Positions 43,846-54,571 of a stretch of 64,000 nt of DNA are shown here, piece after piece (the first letter of the stretch is position 1; each line of letters opens with the position of its first letter). The stretch is taken from sequence record NC_041936.1. One strand, 5' to 3'. This DNA is from Escherichia phage ECD7. The notes under the pieces were generated by a model. That model was not told the DNA's origin. It saw only the letters and a program-made list of their open reading frames with translations, and ran no database searches. The translations under genes were made by a program, and so were the position numbers.

Positions 43846-44244
43846 TCACTTTGCAAGTCTTATGCGTAGTTGTTCAAGATCATCTGGGTTATCTATTACT
43901 GAAAAGTAGATTGATACTATGATTGAGTTATCGTCGTACTGCGGAGTTACTTCTACTGTCAGGTTTCGGACCCGTGGTTCATAGTTTCGGATCGCCTCAT
44001 TGATGTTTTTTGATAAGGTATCCACTGTCAGTGGGTTCATGTTCTCAAACAGTGATTTATTGAGATCGCATCCAAACAGTGGATCAAATGGACGAGATCC
44101 CTTGCGAGTAGTCACGATCAGTAGAATAGAATCCTTAACCGCTTTAATCCCTATGTTCTTTTTAACGTCGTTATTCCACGATCTGGATATATTGAGATCC
44201 AAATCAGTATACATCTGATTAATAGTTGCCATGTTATACCTCAA
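43846..44244 (-). CDS. 25: baseplate wedge protein gp25
   Basis: 132 aa, same length as T4 gp25, synteny. Confidence 0.85.
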   Translation of the reverse strand: MRYNMATINQMYTDLDLNISRSWNNDVKKNIGIKAVKDSILLIVTTRKGSRPFDPLFGCDLNKSLFENMNPLTVDTLSKNINEAIRNYEPRVRNLTVEVTPQYDDNSIIVSIYFSVIDNPDDLEQLRIRLAK

Positions 44245-44870
44245 AGAATTTTAAGGAAACTGGATAGACCTGATAATGAATATACACCAGATTCCCCGCA
44301 TTCGCACTTGATCGGTACTGCCAGCGTGATTTGATTTCTTGTTAGCTCGTCGATCACTTCTTCCACTTTATCCGTGGTAAGCATATCCAGCACGCGGTCA
44401 AAGTCCTGTGCGTTCAGGTCGTCTATATTGAATTGCTGATCGCCGATCACGATATATTCGATACATGCAATTACCATCTGCATAATATCAACATCTTCTG
44501 TAAACTTAGGTTGACGAAATTTTATTTTTACTTGCCCTAAGTCCAGAATATACGGTTCAACTTCTGGTATCTGTGTGCGTGAAACATCAAGAGAGTATAC
44601 TTTCTCTTTATTGCATACACCACACACCCAAGTAGCATCAATTTTCATCTTATTGAGGCTGTGACACCATAAGAGAAGAAAAATATATTCTGCTTCGCAT
44701 TTCTCTAGCTCTAATGCATTGATCCCCGTACATTCATGTATGATCTCTATAACAACCTCTGACAGCTTGCCAGTCTCTTTTGCTGCTACCAGTTTTTGAA
44801 ATTCGCCGAAGGTGAAAGCACGGGCGTGTATCAACTTTTCGCCTAATTGGATCTTGAAAAAGTATTGCAT
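44241..44870 (-). CDS. 26: baseplate hub protein gp26
   Basis: 209 aa, synteny. Confidence 0.8.
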   Translation of the reverse strand: MQYFFKIQLGEKLIHARAFTFGEFQKLVAAKETGKLSEVVIEIIHECTGINALELEKCEAEYIFLLLWCHSLNKMKIDATWVCGVCNKEKVYSLDVSRTQIPEVEPYILDLGQVKIKFRQPKFTEDVDIMQMVIACIEYIVIGDQQFNIDDLNAQDFDRVLDMLTTDKVEEVIDELTRNQITLAVPIKCECGESGVYSLSGLSSFLKIL

Positions 44871-44912
44871 AATAAAACACCCTTTATAAACACATAGAAT
44901 TATTTAGTATTT

Positions 44913-44920
44913 TATAAATA
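44913..44920 (+). promoter_or_regulatory. T4-type late promoter TATAAATA upstream of gene 51
   Basis: Exact TATAAATA 20 nt upstream of ATG 44941. Confidence 0.55.
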
Positions 44921-44940
44921 CCCGAAAGGGGGATTATACC

Positions 44941-45711
44941 ATGAATATTATCAGAATAAAACTACCGGAAGGTGTGCAGAGATTTAAACCATTCACGGTA
45001 AAAGATTATAGAGATTTCCTTCTGGTGTCAACTGAAATTAAGATGAATCCAGAAGAAGAACAAACGATTCTTGATGAGCTATTAGAAGAAATATATCCAG
45101 AAGTAGATCCGGCATTTCGTGAATATATTTTCCTGAATGTCTTTACTAGTTCAATTGGTAAAACTAAAATACCGCTTTGTTTTACTTGCCCGACTTGCAA
45201 CAAAGAAAGAAAAATGTTGCTTAACTTACAGGTTGAAGCACTAAAACCAATCGTTCTAGAGGCCGCAGGGCTTAAAATAACTTTCCGGTATGTTAAACCA
45301 TCAACCGACTATGCAAAAACGTTTCTGGATGCGATAGAGCGTGTATCTGATGGTATTAATGATTATCTATGGACTGAATTACCGGAAGAAGTTAGAGAAC
45401 AGGTTATCGATTCAATCTCATTTGCTGAATTTGAAGAAGTTGTTAAGCAGATGCACACAATCAAGATCGAACAAAAGATATCTTGTTGTGAAAGTCATGA
45501 CCTGAAATACATAGGTCTTCTTCCATTATTCAAATTGTTGTTGAATCCAGATGAGTTATTCATCTTTTATCGAATAAACCATCTATTGGCAAAATCAAAT
45601 TATTCTATCAGTGATCTTATGGATATGTTACCGGTCGAGAGAAACATTGCACTGACACTGGTCGAGAAAGACGTAAAAGAGGCAAATAATGCAAAGAACG
45701 GGGTTTCCTAA
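44941..45711 (+). CDS. 51: baseplate hub assembly protein gp51
   Basis: 256 aa, synteny. Confidence 0.75.
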   Translation: MNIIRIKLPEGVQRFKPFTVKDYRDFLLVSTEIKMNPEEEQTILDELLEEIYPEVDPAFREYIFLNVFTSSIGKTKIPLCFTCPTCNKERKMLLNLQVEALKPIVLEAAGLKITFRYVKPSTDYAKTFLDAIERVSDGINDYLWTELPEEVREQVIDSISFAEFEEVVKQMHTIKIEQKISCCESHDLKYIGLLPLFKLLLNPDELFIFYRINHLLAKSNYSISDLMDMLPVERNIALTLVEKDVKEANNAKNGVS

Positions 45712-46798
45712 TGTCTCAATAAAACTTTATCAGGATTATGAGGCATTTCTAAATCATCGCTTTATAGAATTGGGTGCTACCTTTGTTACAATGACTCTGC
45801 GTGATTCTATTCGTGGGGTGAACGAAGGATTGTTGCAATTCTATGATAATAAGGCGATGCATACAAAATTAAACGGGAGAGAGATCATTCAGATTTCGCT
45901 ATCAACTGCTAATACAGATGAAGTGTTTAACCGAATCTATGGGATCTCTCATAGTAATGTAACAATTGACCAAAAATCCGACAACATTTTAACATTCCAG
46001 TTAAAGAGCTATCACGAAACACTAAACCTTAAATTTTCCCGCTCATTGACAAATAACGCTGTTAATAACGTAACTAGCATGATTGATGCCATCTATAAGG
46101 AAGTTCCTTTATGGAAACCTACTATAAAGGGTGATAACGTTGTTATTCCTCGTTGTCCGTGGGTTAGTACCATAAATGACTATATGGATTTTGTGAGGGC
46201 ATACGGGCAAAGCGTAGAAACCGAGTCTTTCGTGTATTGCTGGGAAGATTTTGATGGTATAACGATCGCTGGACACGATACAATATTAAAAAATGAGCCA
46301 ATACCAGCTATAATCTGTGAGCCTAGACTCATGGGGCAATTTATTGATATGTCGCCTAATCTGATGGTTTTTAATTTCGAGTGGCAGACTAAGAGCAATG
46401 CTAAAGTTAAAAATTCATTTAGCAATGTGACATACACAACTATTGATTTTGTTACTAAGCAGTATAATAAAATTATTGTTGGTAATGGGGATAATATTGC
46501 ACACTTTGCTCATGGTGGAGCTTATGGTGATTTAACTTATAAGAATGCGTTTTTGGAAGGGTCTAAACTCGCCACAATAGAACAATATGATTCATATGCT
46601 ACCGCCGTGTGTCACGGTAATTTTTCGTTGCGCCCCGGTATGGTTATTCGATTCTTTGATGAGAAGCAACAAGCACGCAATGATTTTATTGTTGACGAAG
46701 TGGTGCATGAAATTAGCCGAGAGCAATCATTAACTCACCTGTATATGATCGGTAACAGCGAAGAATTACAGGAAGTCAAATTTGAAGGTAAGATATAA
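45689..46798 (+). CDS. 27: baseplate hub protein gp27
   Basis: 369 aa; N-terminus MQRTGFPNVSIKL similar to T4 gp27. Confidence 0.85.
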   Translation: MQRTGFPNVSIKLYQDYEAFLNHRFIELGATFVTMTLRDSIRGVNEGLLQFYDNKAMHTKLNGREIIQISLSTANTDEVFNRIYGISHSNVTIDQKSDNILTFQLKSYHETLNLKFSRSLTNNAVNNVTSMIDAIYKEVPLWKPTIKGDNVVIPRCPWVSTINDYMDFVRAYGQSVETESFVYCWEDFDGITIAGHDTILKNEPIPAIICEPRLMGQFIDMSPNLMVFNFEWQTKSNAKVKNSFSNVTYTTIDFVTKQYNKIIVGNGDNIAHFAHGGAYGDLTYKNAFLEGSKLATIEQYDSYATAVCHGNFSLRPGMVIRFFDEKQQARNDFIVDEVVHEISREQSLTHLYMIGNSEELQEVKFEGKI

Positions 46799-47316
46799 TG
46801 ACAGAAACTAAACCTATGTTAAAATTTGTTGTTCCTGTAAAAAAATTAGAGATAAACGGGAAACATATCAAGATCCCAAAAATGGGGATTAAGCAACATC
46901 GATTATTAAAAGATGTTCGTAGCTGTGATGAAACATTAAAGATTCTTCTTGATTCAATCTGTCCTGGGTTAAACGCTGCCGAGTCTGAATTGGTTATGCT
47001 TAACCTTTGTGCGTTTAATGGTAAGTGTCTGGAAGAAAAAGACGGTCTTAAGCTGTCTGATGTGTATATTTGTACAGAGACTGAATTTACTTTAAATGGT
47101 AAAGTCTTTAAATTTAAAAATCCAATGTATACTTCTGACCCCATTATCGATGACGCTGATTTCTTGAGTCATCATTATCACGATCCTAGTGTAGACTTCC
47201 ATGATTTCCCAGCTTTTATTATGGATTGGGCTACAGGATTAAGAAAAACTATTGCACTGGATACACCGGAAGGTACTATCTATGGTGGAATTAACATATT
47301 GGATCGCCTATCATGA
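46798..47316 (+). CDS. 28: baseplate hub distal subunit gp28
   Basis: 172 aa, synteny. Confidence 0.8.
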   Translation: MTETKPMLKFVVPVKKLEINGKHIKIPKMGIKQHRLLKDVRSCDETLKILLDSICPGLNAAESELVMLNLCAFNGKCLEEKDGLKLSDVYICTETEFTLNGKVFKFKNPMYTSDPIIDDADFLSHHYHDPSVDFHDFPAFIMDWATGLRKTIALDTPEGTIYGGINILDRLS

Positions 47317-49046
47317 ATGACGCATTAACATCATTTCGCGGGATGCGCAAGGAAGCGGAAGAAAACCCGATTGATAAACTTAACAAATTAGATAAACTTG
47401 ATTCTATTGATAATTTGCAAGCCGCTACCGAATTGGTGGCGGAGACAGTAGAACAAAAATCTAATGAAGTTGTTGGTGCGGTAGAGGATAACACCGCAGC
47501 CAATGAATTGACGGCAGAAAATACACAATCTACCGCTGGCAATACCAAAAAAACTTATGAAGAATTGCAAAAACTCAATAATTTCTCTTCTCAGATGAAT
47601 GAGAAATTACGTGGTTTTGGTGTTATGATGGAACGTAGATTTGGTGTTGTCAGTAAAATGGCTAGCGGTATTGGTGCGATTGAAGAAGCACTGAAAAAAC
47701 CGGAACAACCGCAAACAATGCCATCACCTCAGCCAGTTTTGCCTACTGTACCGGAACAGCCTAATAATGACAACTATCAAGGTCTTCCAAAGAAAAAACC
47801 AGATGTTGAGGAACGGAAGAAAAAGAACGCCACAGATAAGCGTAATGCCGATTCTATGGAAAATCTTCTTAAAGTTGTTCGTGGAGGATTTAAAGAAACC
47901 ATAGGTATCTCTAATAAGGTCTTAGGGATGTTATTTAAGATCACCTTGACCGCTATGGCAGAAGCCGCAAAATGGGGTGCTATTTTGATGGGTATTGTTT
48001 TTGTCATTGATACCCTGATGGTTCATTTCAGATATTGGAGCGATTTATTCGAGACAAAATTCAGTGAATTTATGGATAAAGCCGGAGAATGGGCTGGACC
48101 AATTAGTGATATTCTAACAACTATTCGTCAAGTTCGAGATTATTGGTCTAAAGGCGAATATGGAGAGTTAATTAAATCTCTTGTTATGGGTATTGGTGAT
48201 GCATTCTATAAAACCTTTATCCAACTTGATCGAATTATCACTACTGGTATTGCTAAAATTCTTCGCATGATCCCTGGTATGGGTGATTATGCCGATAAGT
48301 TAGAATACGGTGCTTTAAAGTCTGCTGTCGCTCAAGGCTATACGCCAAATGAAAGAGAACTCGAATTAATGGATAAGGTCGAGTCTGAACATGAAGAAGA
48401 CAAATATGGAGAGCGTACTGGTTGGACCGGAAAAGCCCGTGATATTGGCGAAGCTATTGGGGATTCTATTAAGGATAAAGTTAACGAAGGTCTTGTTAGT
48501 CTGGGCTGGCGAGATCAAAAGGATGTTGACGCAGAGAAACGACAAGAAGAATTAAAACGCGGGGAATATAAGTCTGTTTCTGCTGAACAACGATCTGCTA
48601 GTCGTAAACTTAGAATTAAAAGCGAGGGCGCGATCAATAATATTAATGAAGTTATGGAGAATTTGAGCGGTGACTATGACAAAGAAAGAATGGGAGAGTT
48701 GAAAAAGGATATTGATGTTTACCGTGAGCAAGTTCAAGATCCTACATTAGTTGAAAGTGATCGTTCTCAGTTAGAGCGTCTTATTGAAAAATTTGATGAG
48801 ATGTATGCTGATAAAACTAAGGGTGCGGTTCCAGCTAATCCTGTTCCTGCAACTGAAACGGAAACAGCAAAACAAGCGGAACGTACTGAACAAATGCAGA
48901 AACAAGCTGCAATCCAGCAACAAACGACAAATCAGACCTCAAACGTAAATAATACACAAATTGTAACAAACAATAGAACTGTTAAACAGGGTGCACCAAC
49001 AACTAGAATTGATGCCCCCGGTACAATTAATATGGGGAACTTTTAA
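47313..49046 (+). CDS. 29: tail tape measure / baseplate hub protein gp29
   Basis: 577 aa, synteny. Confidence 0.85.
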   Translation: MNDALTSFRGMRKEAEENPIDKLNKLDKLDSIDNLQAATELVAETVEQKSNEVVGAVEDNTAANELTAENTQSTAGNTKKTYEELQKLNNFSSQMNEKLRGFGVMMERRFGVVSKMASGIGAIEEALKKPEQPQTMPSPQPVLPTVPEQPNNDNYQGLPKKKPDVEERKKKNATDKRNADSMENLLKVVRGGFKETIGISNKVLGMLFKITLTAMAEAAKWGAILMGIVFVIDTLMVHFRYWSDLFETKFSEFMDKAGEWAGPISDILTTIRQVRDYWSKGEYGELIKSLVMGIGDAFYKTFIQLDRIITTGIAKILRMIPGMGDYADKLEYGALKSAVAQGYTPNERELELMDKVESEHEEDKYGERTGWTGKARDIGEAIGDSIKDKVNEGLVSLGWRDQKDVDAEKRQEELKRGEYKSVSAEQRSASRKLRIKSEGAINNINEVMENLSGDYDKERMGELKKDIDVYREQVQDPTLVESDRSQLERLIEKFDEMYADKTKGAVPANPVPATETETAKQAERTEQMQKQAAIQQQTTNQTSNVNNTQIVTNNRTVKQGAPTTRIDAPGTINMGNF

Positions 49047-50104
49047 TGAAAATTAGTGTTATCAATGATGCCGTTGATAGCTTTAAAGCGGGGGTTAAAA
49101 CCTCCGCTGGTTTTACCTCAAAAAATAAAGGGAAAACATTAACCGCTCAATTCCCCGCTGAACGTGCTAGCGGTAATGATGCTAGCGGTTATTATATCAA
49201 CGACTTATATAATAATGGTCTGTTATTCACTGCATACGATTATACATCTCGTACTACTGGATCGTTGCGTGATTTCAGGAAAAAGAAAAATGTTGCTAGC
49301 GGTTTTGGCGGTAGCGTTAATATCGCTGGTTTTGATTTAAATTTGGGAGGGAGAAATGCTGCATTTGACCGCGAGGCAATTGCTAATATTCTTCTTCCTC
49401 GTAGTCAATCTGACGTTGACGCTGCTAGCCATAAGTTTAATGATGTTGGTGAATCTGTCATTTCTCGCGGCGGTGGTACTTTAGGCGGTGCTCTTTCTAA
49501 TATGGCATCTACTGCCGTTTTTGGTGGTATCGAAAGTATTACTGGTGGATACCTTGCCGATCACGGTGAACAGATTTATAATACTGCGCGAAGCATGTAT
49601 GCTGGTGCTGACGCACGAACTAAAAACTACGTATGGCATTTAACCCCACGTAGTATTGAAGACCTTCGCAATATTCTGATCATATACGAAACGTTTTTAG
49701 AATTGTCTTATGGATCTAGTGGTATTTCCAGCACCGCAAAAGAATTAAAAGCGGAAGTTGATGCGTGGTATAAAAATACACTATTGAGAAAATCCACCCC
49801 AGAGGAAGCGAAGAGAAATGATACTCTGTTTGAAGGGATCACCGATTTTCTATCAAACGCAATTACTGTATCTAACCCGACAATATGGATGATCTCTAAC
49901 TTCGGTAAGCGTACATCGTTTGAAGGGCGTAGCGATGCATTTGGTCCCGCTCAGATCTCAAGTGTACGTCTGGACAAGTCGCCGGATGGTAAGTTTAATG
50001 GCCTTGCTATTTCTCCTAACTTGCCGAGTACCTTTGTTCTGGAAGTATCATTTAGAGAGATCTTGACACTTTCCCGTGGTACTATATTTGGGAGTGCGGT
50101 ATAA
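49046..50104 (+). CDS. 48: baseplate tail tube cap protein gp48
   Basis: 352 aa, synteny. Confidence 0.85.
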   Translation: MKISVINDAVDSFKAGVKTSAGFTSKNKGKTLTAQFPAERASGNDASGYYINDLYNNGLLFTAYDYTSRTTGSLRDFRKKKNVASGFGGSVNIAGFDLNLGGRNAAFDREAIANILLPRSQSDVDAASHKFNDVGESVISRGGGTLGGALSNMASTAVFGGIESITGGYLADHGEQIYNTARSMYAGADARTKNYVWHLTPRSIEDLRNILIIYETFLELSYGSSGISSTAKELKAEVDAWYKNTLLRKSTPEEAKRNDTLFEGITDFLSNAITVSNPTIWMISNFGKRTSFEGRSDAFGPAQISSVRLDKSPDGKFNGLAISPNLPSTFVLEVSFREILTLSRGTIFGSAV

Positions 50105-51036
50105 TGTTTGATTTAAATGATTTTAACGAACAAGCCGCTAACCTTGACTTTCAGCGATCCAACTTATTCAGCGTGGCATTTGCCACCACTCCAAGTAATA
50201 AGACACAAGCGATCCTAGAAAGTATGGGCGGTGCGGTATATGATATTATACCAAATGCATTAAATGACTATTTCGGGATTACTCGTGGTGATTATACTGA
50301 CGCATTAACAAATCTTGCTGTACAGGGTGTTAGGCGTGCTGTTGATTCATCCGGTGTCAAAAAGTATCTTTTAGGTGCAATGTCATCCCGCGTAGTTCAA
50401 TCTCTTCTGGGGCAATTTGATGTTGGTACATATGCGCTTGACTGGTTCAATATGGCATATAAGACAAGCGGTCTTCTGGTGTATGCTGTTAAGGTTCCAG
50501 AAAACAGATTGAATTATGAAATGGACCGTAACCACAATGCACCAAACATTCGAATTACCGGACGTGATTTTGATCCGCTTGTGTTGAGCTTTAGAATGGA
50601 CTCTAGCGCATCAAACTATAGAGCAATGCAAGATTGGGTTAACTCAGTAGAAGACCCCGTCACAGGGCTTCGTGCGCTTCCTGTTGACGTTGAAGCGGAT
50701 ATTCAGGTCAACTTACATAACCGAATGGGAGTCCCTCACACGATCATGATGTTTAATGGTTGTGTTCCTGTTGGTGTGAGTGCACCGGAATTAACCTATG
50801 AAAACAACAACGAAATTACAACATTCGATGTTACTTTTGCGTATAGGACTATGCAAACTGGTGCTGTAGGAGAGCAAGCCGCGCGAGAATGGATTGAGGA
50901 TAAGGCAATAAACGCAATAACAAACACTTTCGGCAATAATTTACTTGATAGTGGGTTATCTGCTGCTGGTAATGCTTTATCGCGTCTAAATGGCGTTGGT
51001 GGGCGTGTGGTGAATACTGTCACCAACTGGTTCTAA
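50104..51036 (+). CDS. 54: baseplate tail tube initiator gp54
   Basis: 310 aa, synteny. Confidence 0.85.
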   Translation: MFDLNDFNEQAANLDFQRSNLFSVAFATTPSNKTQAILESMGGAVYDIIPNALNDYFGITRGDYTDALTNLAVQGVRRAVDSSGVKKYLLGAMSSRVVQSLLGQFDVGTYALDWFNMAYKTSGLLVYAVKVPENRLNYEMDRNHNAPNIRITGRDFDPLVLSFRMDSSASNYRAMQDWVNSVEDPVTGLRALPVDVEADIQVNLHNRMGVPHTIMMFNGCVPVGVSAPELTYENNNEITTFDVTFAYRTMQTGAVGEQAAREWIEDKAINAITNTFGNNLLDSGLSAAGNALSRLNGVGGRVVNTVTNWF

Positions 51037-51043
51037 TAAGCGA

Positions 51044-51070
51044 AAGGCGGGGATAATCCCCGCCTTTTTA
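51044..51070 (+). terminator. rho-independent terminator after gene 54 (core GCGGGGA...TCCCCGC)
   Basis: 10-bp stem aaggcgggga/tccccgcctt, 3-nt loop, TTTTTA. Confidence 0.65.
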
Positions 51071-51553
51071 TTTTGCTAAATCATTGCAATATTTTAGTGC
51101 CTTAGTTTGAAATTCTGCGCTGTTAAGTTCTTCATAACGGTCATAATCACCGTTTAATGCTGCCTTTCTTGCTTCTTGCTCTATCTGCATGTCAGACATG
51201 ATAATACAGCGATCCCGCGCTTTCATCTTCTCAAGTTGTATAGACTCTTCTTTCTGCTTGCGCAATTCTTCTTGACGCTTCTTTTCTTCTTGTGCTTTCT
51301 CTTCCCGCGCTTCTTTGATTGCATCCTTGAACATCTGCGTTTGTGGTGCTAAACCAACTTTAACGCGATCCACGTCTCGACGTTCCATTTTAGAAATAAA
51401 GCATGATTCGATCTGATCATCACTTGCATATGCTGCTTTACATTCACGAAGCAAGAAAACCGGATCTGATTTAGCATTCATCATAGCTTCCATGTTGGCA
51501 CAACCAGTAAGCATGAATGCAGCCGCAAGACCAATCAGTTTAATCATTTTCAT
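51068..51553 (-). CDS. lipoprotein (signal peptide with lipobox LTGC), coiled-coil body
   Basis: N-terminus MKMIKLIGLAAAFMLTGC; start overlaps stop of upstream ADP-ribosyltransferase gene (ATGA). Confidence 0.65.
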   Translation of the reverse strand: MKMIKLIGLAAAFMLTGCANMEAMMNAKSDPVFLLRECKAAYASDDQIESCFISKMERRDVDRVKVGLAPQTQMFKDAIKEAREEKAQEEKKRQEELRKQKEESIQLEKMKARDRCIIMSDMQIEQEARKAALNGDYDRYEELNSAEFQTKALKYCNDLAK

Positions 51554-52374
51554 TTAGTCACCTCACCGAAAATTGTAAATTGTCTACGATTCTCATCGCC
51601 GAAAGATTCTACTACGTCGTTTACCTTGACGCAAGTCCCGCGCGGTAAAATTACTTCACATTCGCAAGGGTTCCATGCAATTGACCCAACAACAAAACCT
51701 TTATGATCTTTTACGTCAATTACCCATGATACATTACAAGAATGTTGCATCTTTCCGGTCATTGATTCATATCGATTCTCGCAATAAAGGCTAGTGCTGT
51801 TTGATAGCCATCCTCCAAAGATGATTGGTGTCATGCTGGTTGACACAAAGTTTTTAAAGGTAAATTCCTTATCTTCAATAATACGCTCTATTGTCTGAAT
51901 GTCAAGATGTTGACCGCGATAAAGAGTACCGTTTAACTTTTCGGTTTTATCCATGACACAATCCATCAAATCAACAATCTCTGATATCTCATCGGTCATG
52001 TCTTCTTCCCCTAAGAGAGCACCATTTACCCATTCGTATTGTTCGGACACATAATCACAGATTGCATTATATTCTGCTGGGGTTATGTTGTTATGTTTGT
52101 AATGTTTGAATACATTATCTCCAAAGTCTTCGGAGTGTACTTCATACATCACATTAATGATTTTCTTGACAAATCCATAATCTTGTGTCTCACGCTCAAG
52201 GAAGCGGATAACCTTCACATAATCATCAAAGTTAATCTGATCGCTGATCATCTCAGTGATCATGTAACCATTAATCCCCTCAATGTCATATGTTTCGATG
52301 TAATTATCCATACGTTCCATCATTGATTCGCGTGATTCTTCTGAAAGACGAAAATCCTGTAATTTCTTGAACAT
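51550..52374 (-). CDS. ADP-ribosyltransferase, Alt/Mod-like paralogue (274 aa)
   Basis: R-S-E triad: LYRGQ, FVSTS, CECEVILPRG; closely resembles the C-terminal domain of the adjacent Alt. Confidence 0.7.
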   Translation of the reverse strand: MFKKLQDFRLSEESRESMMERMDNYIETYDIEGINGYMITEMISDQINFDDYVKVIRFLERETQDYGFVKKIINVMYEVHSEDFGDNVFKHYKHNNITPAEYNAICDYVSEQYEWVNGALLGEEDMTDEISEIVDLMDCVMDKTEKLNGTLYRGQHLDIQTIERIIEDKEFTFKNFVSTSMTPIIFGGWLSNSTSLYCENRYESMTGKMQHSCNVSWVIDVKDHKGFVVGSIAWNPCECEVILPRGTCVKVNDVVESFGDENRRQFTIFGEVTK

Positions 52375-52452
52375 TTTAAACCTCCCATATAACAGAAAAC
52401 GGGGCTAGTATAAAACTAGTCCCCGTTTGAGTCAACCATTATTTCTTAAAAA

Positions 52453-54504
52453 TTACATTTTAAATTTATCTGGCATTGCGTCTACAGATACCAGATCAGC
52501 GATAAGCTGACGTAGAGTTGCCTTATCTGCTTTCTTACGTTCGGTTTTAGCTTCGCTAATGAAGCTGGAGAAAGACAGGTCAGAAGCAGGTTTAACAACA
52601 CCCTCACGGATGAATGCATCACCGTCCGCGATCATCTCACCAGATTCTTGTAATGCTGCCAGTTCACTTTTGTTCATAATATGTGCCTCAATGTAATAAG
52701 TTTCTTGTGAATCCGTCGATGCCGTAGCACGAGTTACCGTATCAAAGGATAACACAACACCGCGAGGAAGTAAAATCTCGCATTCTTTGTAAGCAAATGC
52801 TTTGTTACCTACTGGCAATACAGGGATGTTTTCCGCGCCAGCGATAGAGAAAGCAACATTAGCGCCACCTTCACCGCGAGAGCCAGCCATAGAATCAACA
52901 CCAGCAACGGCACTAGCCACGTTTGCATTCCAGCCACCAAAAATATTAGGCGCAAGGGAAGTGCTCACATAGTTTTTAAAGTAAAACGCTTTTTGCTTAC
53001 GTGCAGTTTCCCACATTTGCGACCGGAAGTCCATACCACGATACAGAATAGTACCCGGATCAAGTTTAACACCATAGTTAGAGAAGGCATTATCCAGTGC
53101 ATCGCACATCTTGACCAATTCTTCTGGATCTGCGATTCCCTCAAACTCTTCCAGCTTGCGATCAGTTAGGAAGTTGTTCATATTGATGTATGCTGCATCG
53201 GCATATTCGCTCAACACAAAACCTTCCGCGCCCGGCAGATCAAGATCAATATCTGCCATCATTTCACCCATGTTGCTAGCAATTGCTTCAAACATACCGG
53301 ACGCAACATTACGAAGGGCATCGGTTTTAATCTGGGTGATATGACTACGCAGCATTTCAGCTTTTACATCTGCTGGCATAGACTGGTCTACTCGATCCAT
53401 TGCCAGGGCGGTGATCTTGTTTTCGAATACTTCCTCGCTCATGATTTCTTTTAAGCGTTTGATTGAGGCTGCGATAACTTCCGCAGACAACGGATCATAT
53501 TGATCCTGAACTTTTACCAGTTCGCTTACTGCGTATTTTGCATCGGCTTCGCTTTCAAAAATAGTACGCATGAAACCATAGCGAGTGATAATATCACTTG
53601 TCCAGTCATTCAGAGAACGGGCGGTTGAACGTTCTAAGGCTTGACGGTCAATCAGAGTATTAAACTGTTTCTTAGGTTCGGCTTCGGTGATATCTTCTTC
53701 CGGTTTAAGATTAATTTTTTCTGGATGATTCACGTAGTCGCTGTTATAGGTCGCTTGAGTTTTCAGCATTTCTTCTTTAGTCAAACGAGATTTAGCCGCT
53801 ACGCGTTGTTCTGCTTCCGCGTTTCGTTCTTCTTCTGACACAAGACTAGCCGCATACGCCTCATCTTTAGTCAGAGATTCACCAGTAGCCTTAGATACCC
53901 AGCGATCACCTAAATCACTTTCTACTTTAGTGAACAAGGATTCATCAAGTTTAATCCCTTTAATCTTATCAATCGCCATCCCGCGACGTTTGACAACAAC
54001 TAAAGCGATCTTTTTGCTGGTCATTACTTCCTGCTGGAATACTTCAAACTTCGGTGTACGACGCACCAAACGCTCTATAACGCGCTTAACCAGTTCGGTC
54101 TTACCTTTCATGCGGGATACGTTAAAACGGAACATAACAGCGTCTAATTGCGCTTTACGGGCTGTTTCCATAACCACATCAAAAGCACTTGCCATAACTG
54201 CAATCGGGTTATCACCTAGACCATTTTTAAGCTGTACAATACGACCGCTTTTGTTCATTTCACACAGTACAACGTGTGCGGTCTTGTCACCCATACGAAT
54301 AATTTTAGGTGTTTTGTTGGTGAAGTTGCAAAGACGGACAATCACATCTTTATCGCGTGTCTGTACTGCAAAAAGCTGTTTAGGATTCTGCTTAGGCTTT
54401 AAGCATTGTACCGGAGCAATACTGCCAAAGTTTTCTTCCTCTTCCGTCAACAGCCATTTCTCGAAAGATTCAATCATTAGATCGTCGATTTCTAAGTTAA
54501 ACAT
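52453..54504 (-). CDS. alt: Alt ADP-ribosyltransferase (head-packaged)
   Basis: 683 aa (T4 Alt ~682); C-terminal ILYRGMDF...YVSTSLAP...ECEILLPRG. Confidence 0.85.
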   Translation of the reverse strand: MFNLEIDDLMIESFEKWLLTEEEENFGSIAPVQCLKPKQNPKQLFAVQTRDKDVIVRLCNFTNKTPKIIRMGDKTAHVVLCEMNKSGRIVQLKNGLGDNPIAVMASAFDVVMETARKAQLDAVMFRFNVSRMKGKTELVKRVIERLVRRTPKFEVFQQEVMTSKKIALVVVKRRGMAIDKIKGIKLDESLFTKVESDLGDRWVSKATGESLTKDEAYAASLVSEEERNAEAEQRVAAKSRLTKEEMLKTQATYNSDYVNHPEKINLKPEEDITEAEPKKQFNTLIDRQALERSTARSLNDWTSDIITRYGFMRTIFESEADAKYAVSELVKVQDQYDPLSAEVIAASIKRLKEIMSEEVFENKITALAMDRVDQSMPADVKAEMLRSHITQIKTDALRNVASGMFEAIASNMGEMMADIDLDLPGAEGFVLSEYADAAYINMNNFLTDRKLEEFEGIADPEELVKMCDALDNAFSNYGVKLDPGTILYRGMDFRSQMWETARKQKAFYFKNYVSTSLAPNIFGGWNANVASAVAGVDSMAGSRGEGGANVAFSIAGAENIPVLPVGNKAFAYKECEILLPRGVVLSFDTVTRATASTDSQETYYIEAHIMNKSELAALQESGEMIADGDAFIREGVVKPASDLSFSSFISEAKTERKKADKATLRQLIADLVSVDAMPDKFKM

Positions 54505-54537
54505 TTTATATCCTCTAGTTGATAACCTATAAACCTA

Positions 54538-54545
54538 TATTTATG
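54538..54545 (-). promoter_or_regulatory. late-promoter-like CATAAATA upstream of alt
   Basis: 7/8 match to TATAAATA on minus strand, 34 nt upstream of alt ATG. Confidence 0.3.
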
Positions 54546-54570
54546 AAAAAGGGGCTTAACGCCCCCTTTT
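54546..54570 (-). terminator. hairpin terminator (aaaaaggggc-ttaac-gcccccttttt)
   Basis: GC stem flanked by A5 and T5; follows gene 54572..54784. Confidence 0.55.
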
Positions 54571-54571
54571 A

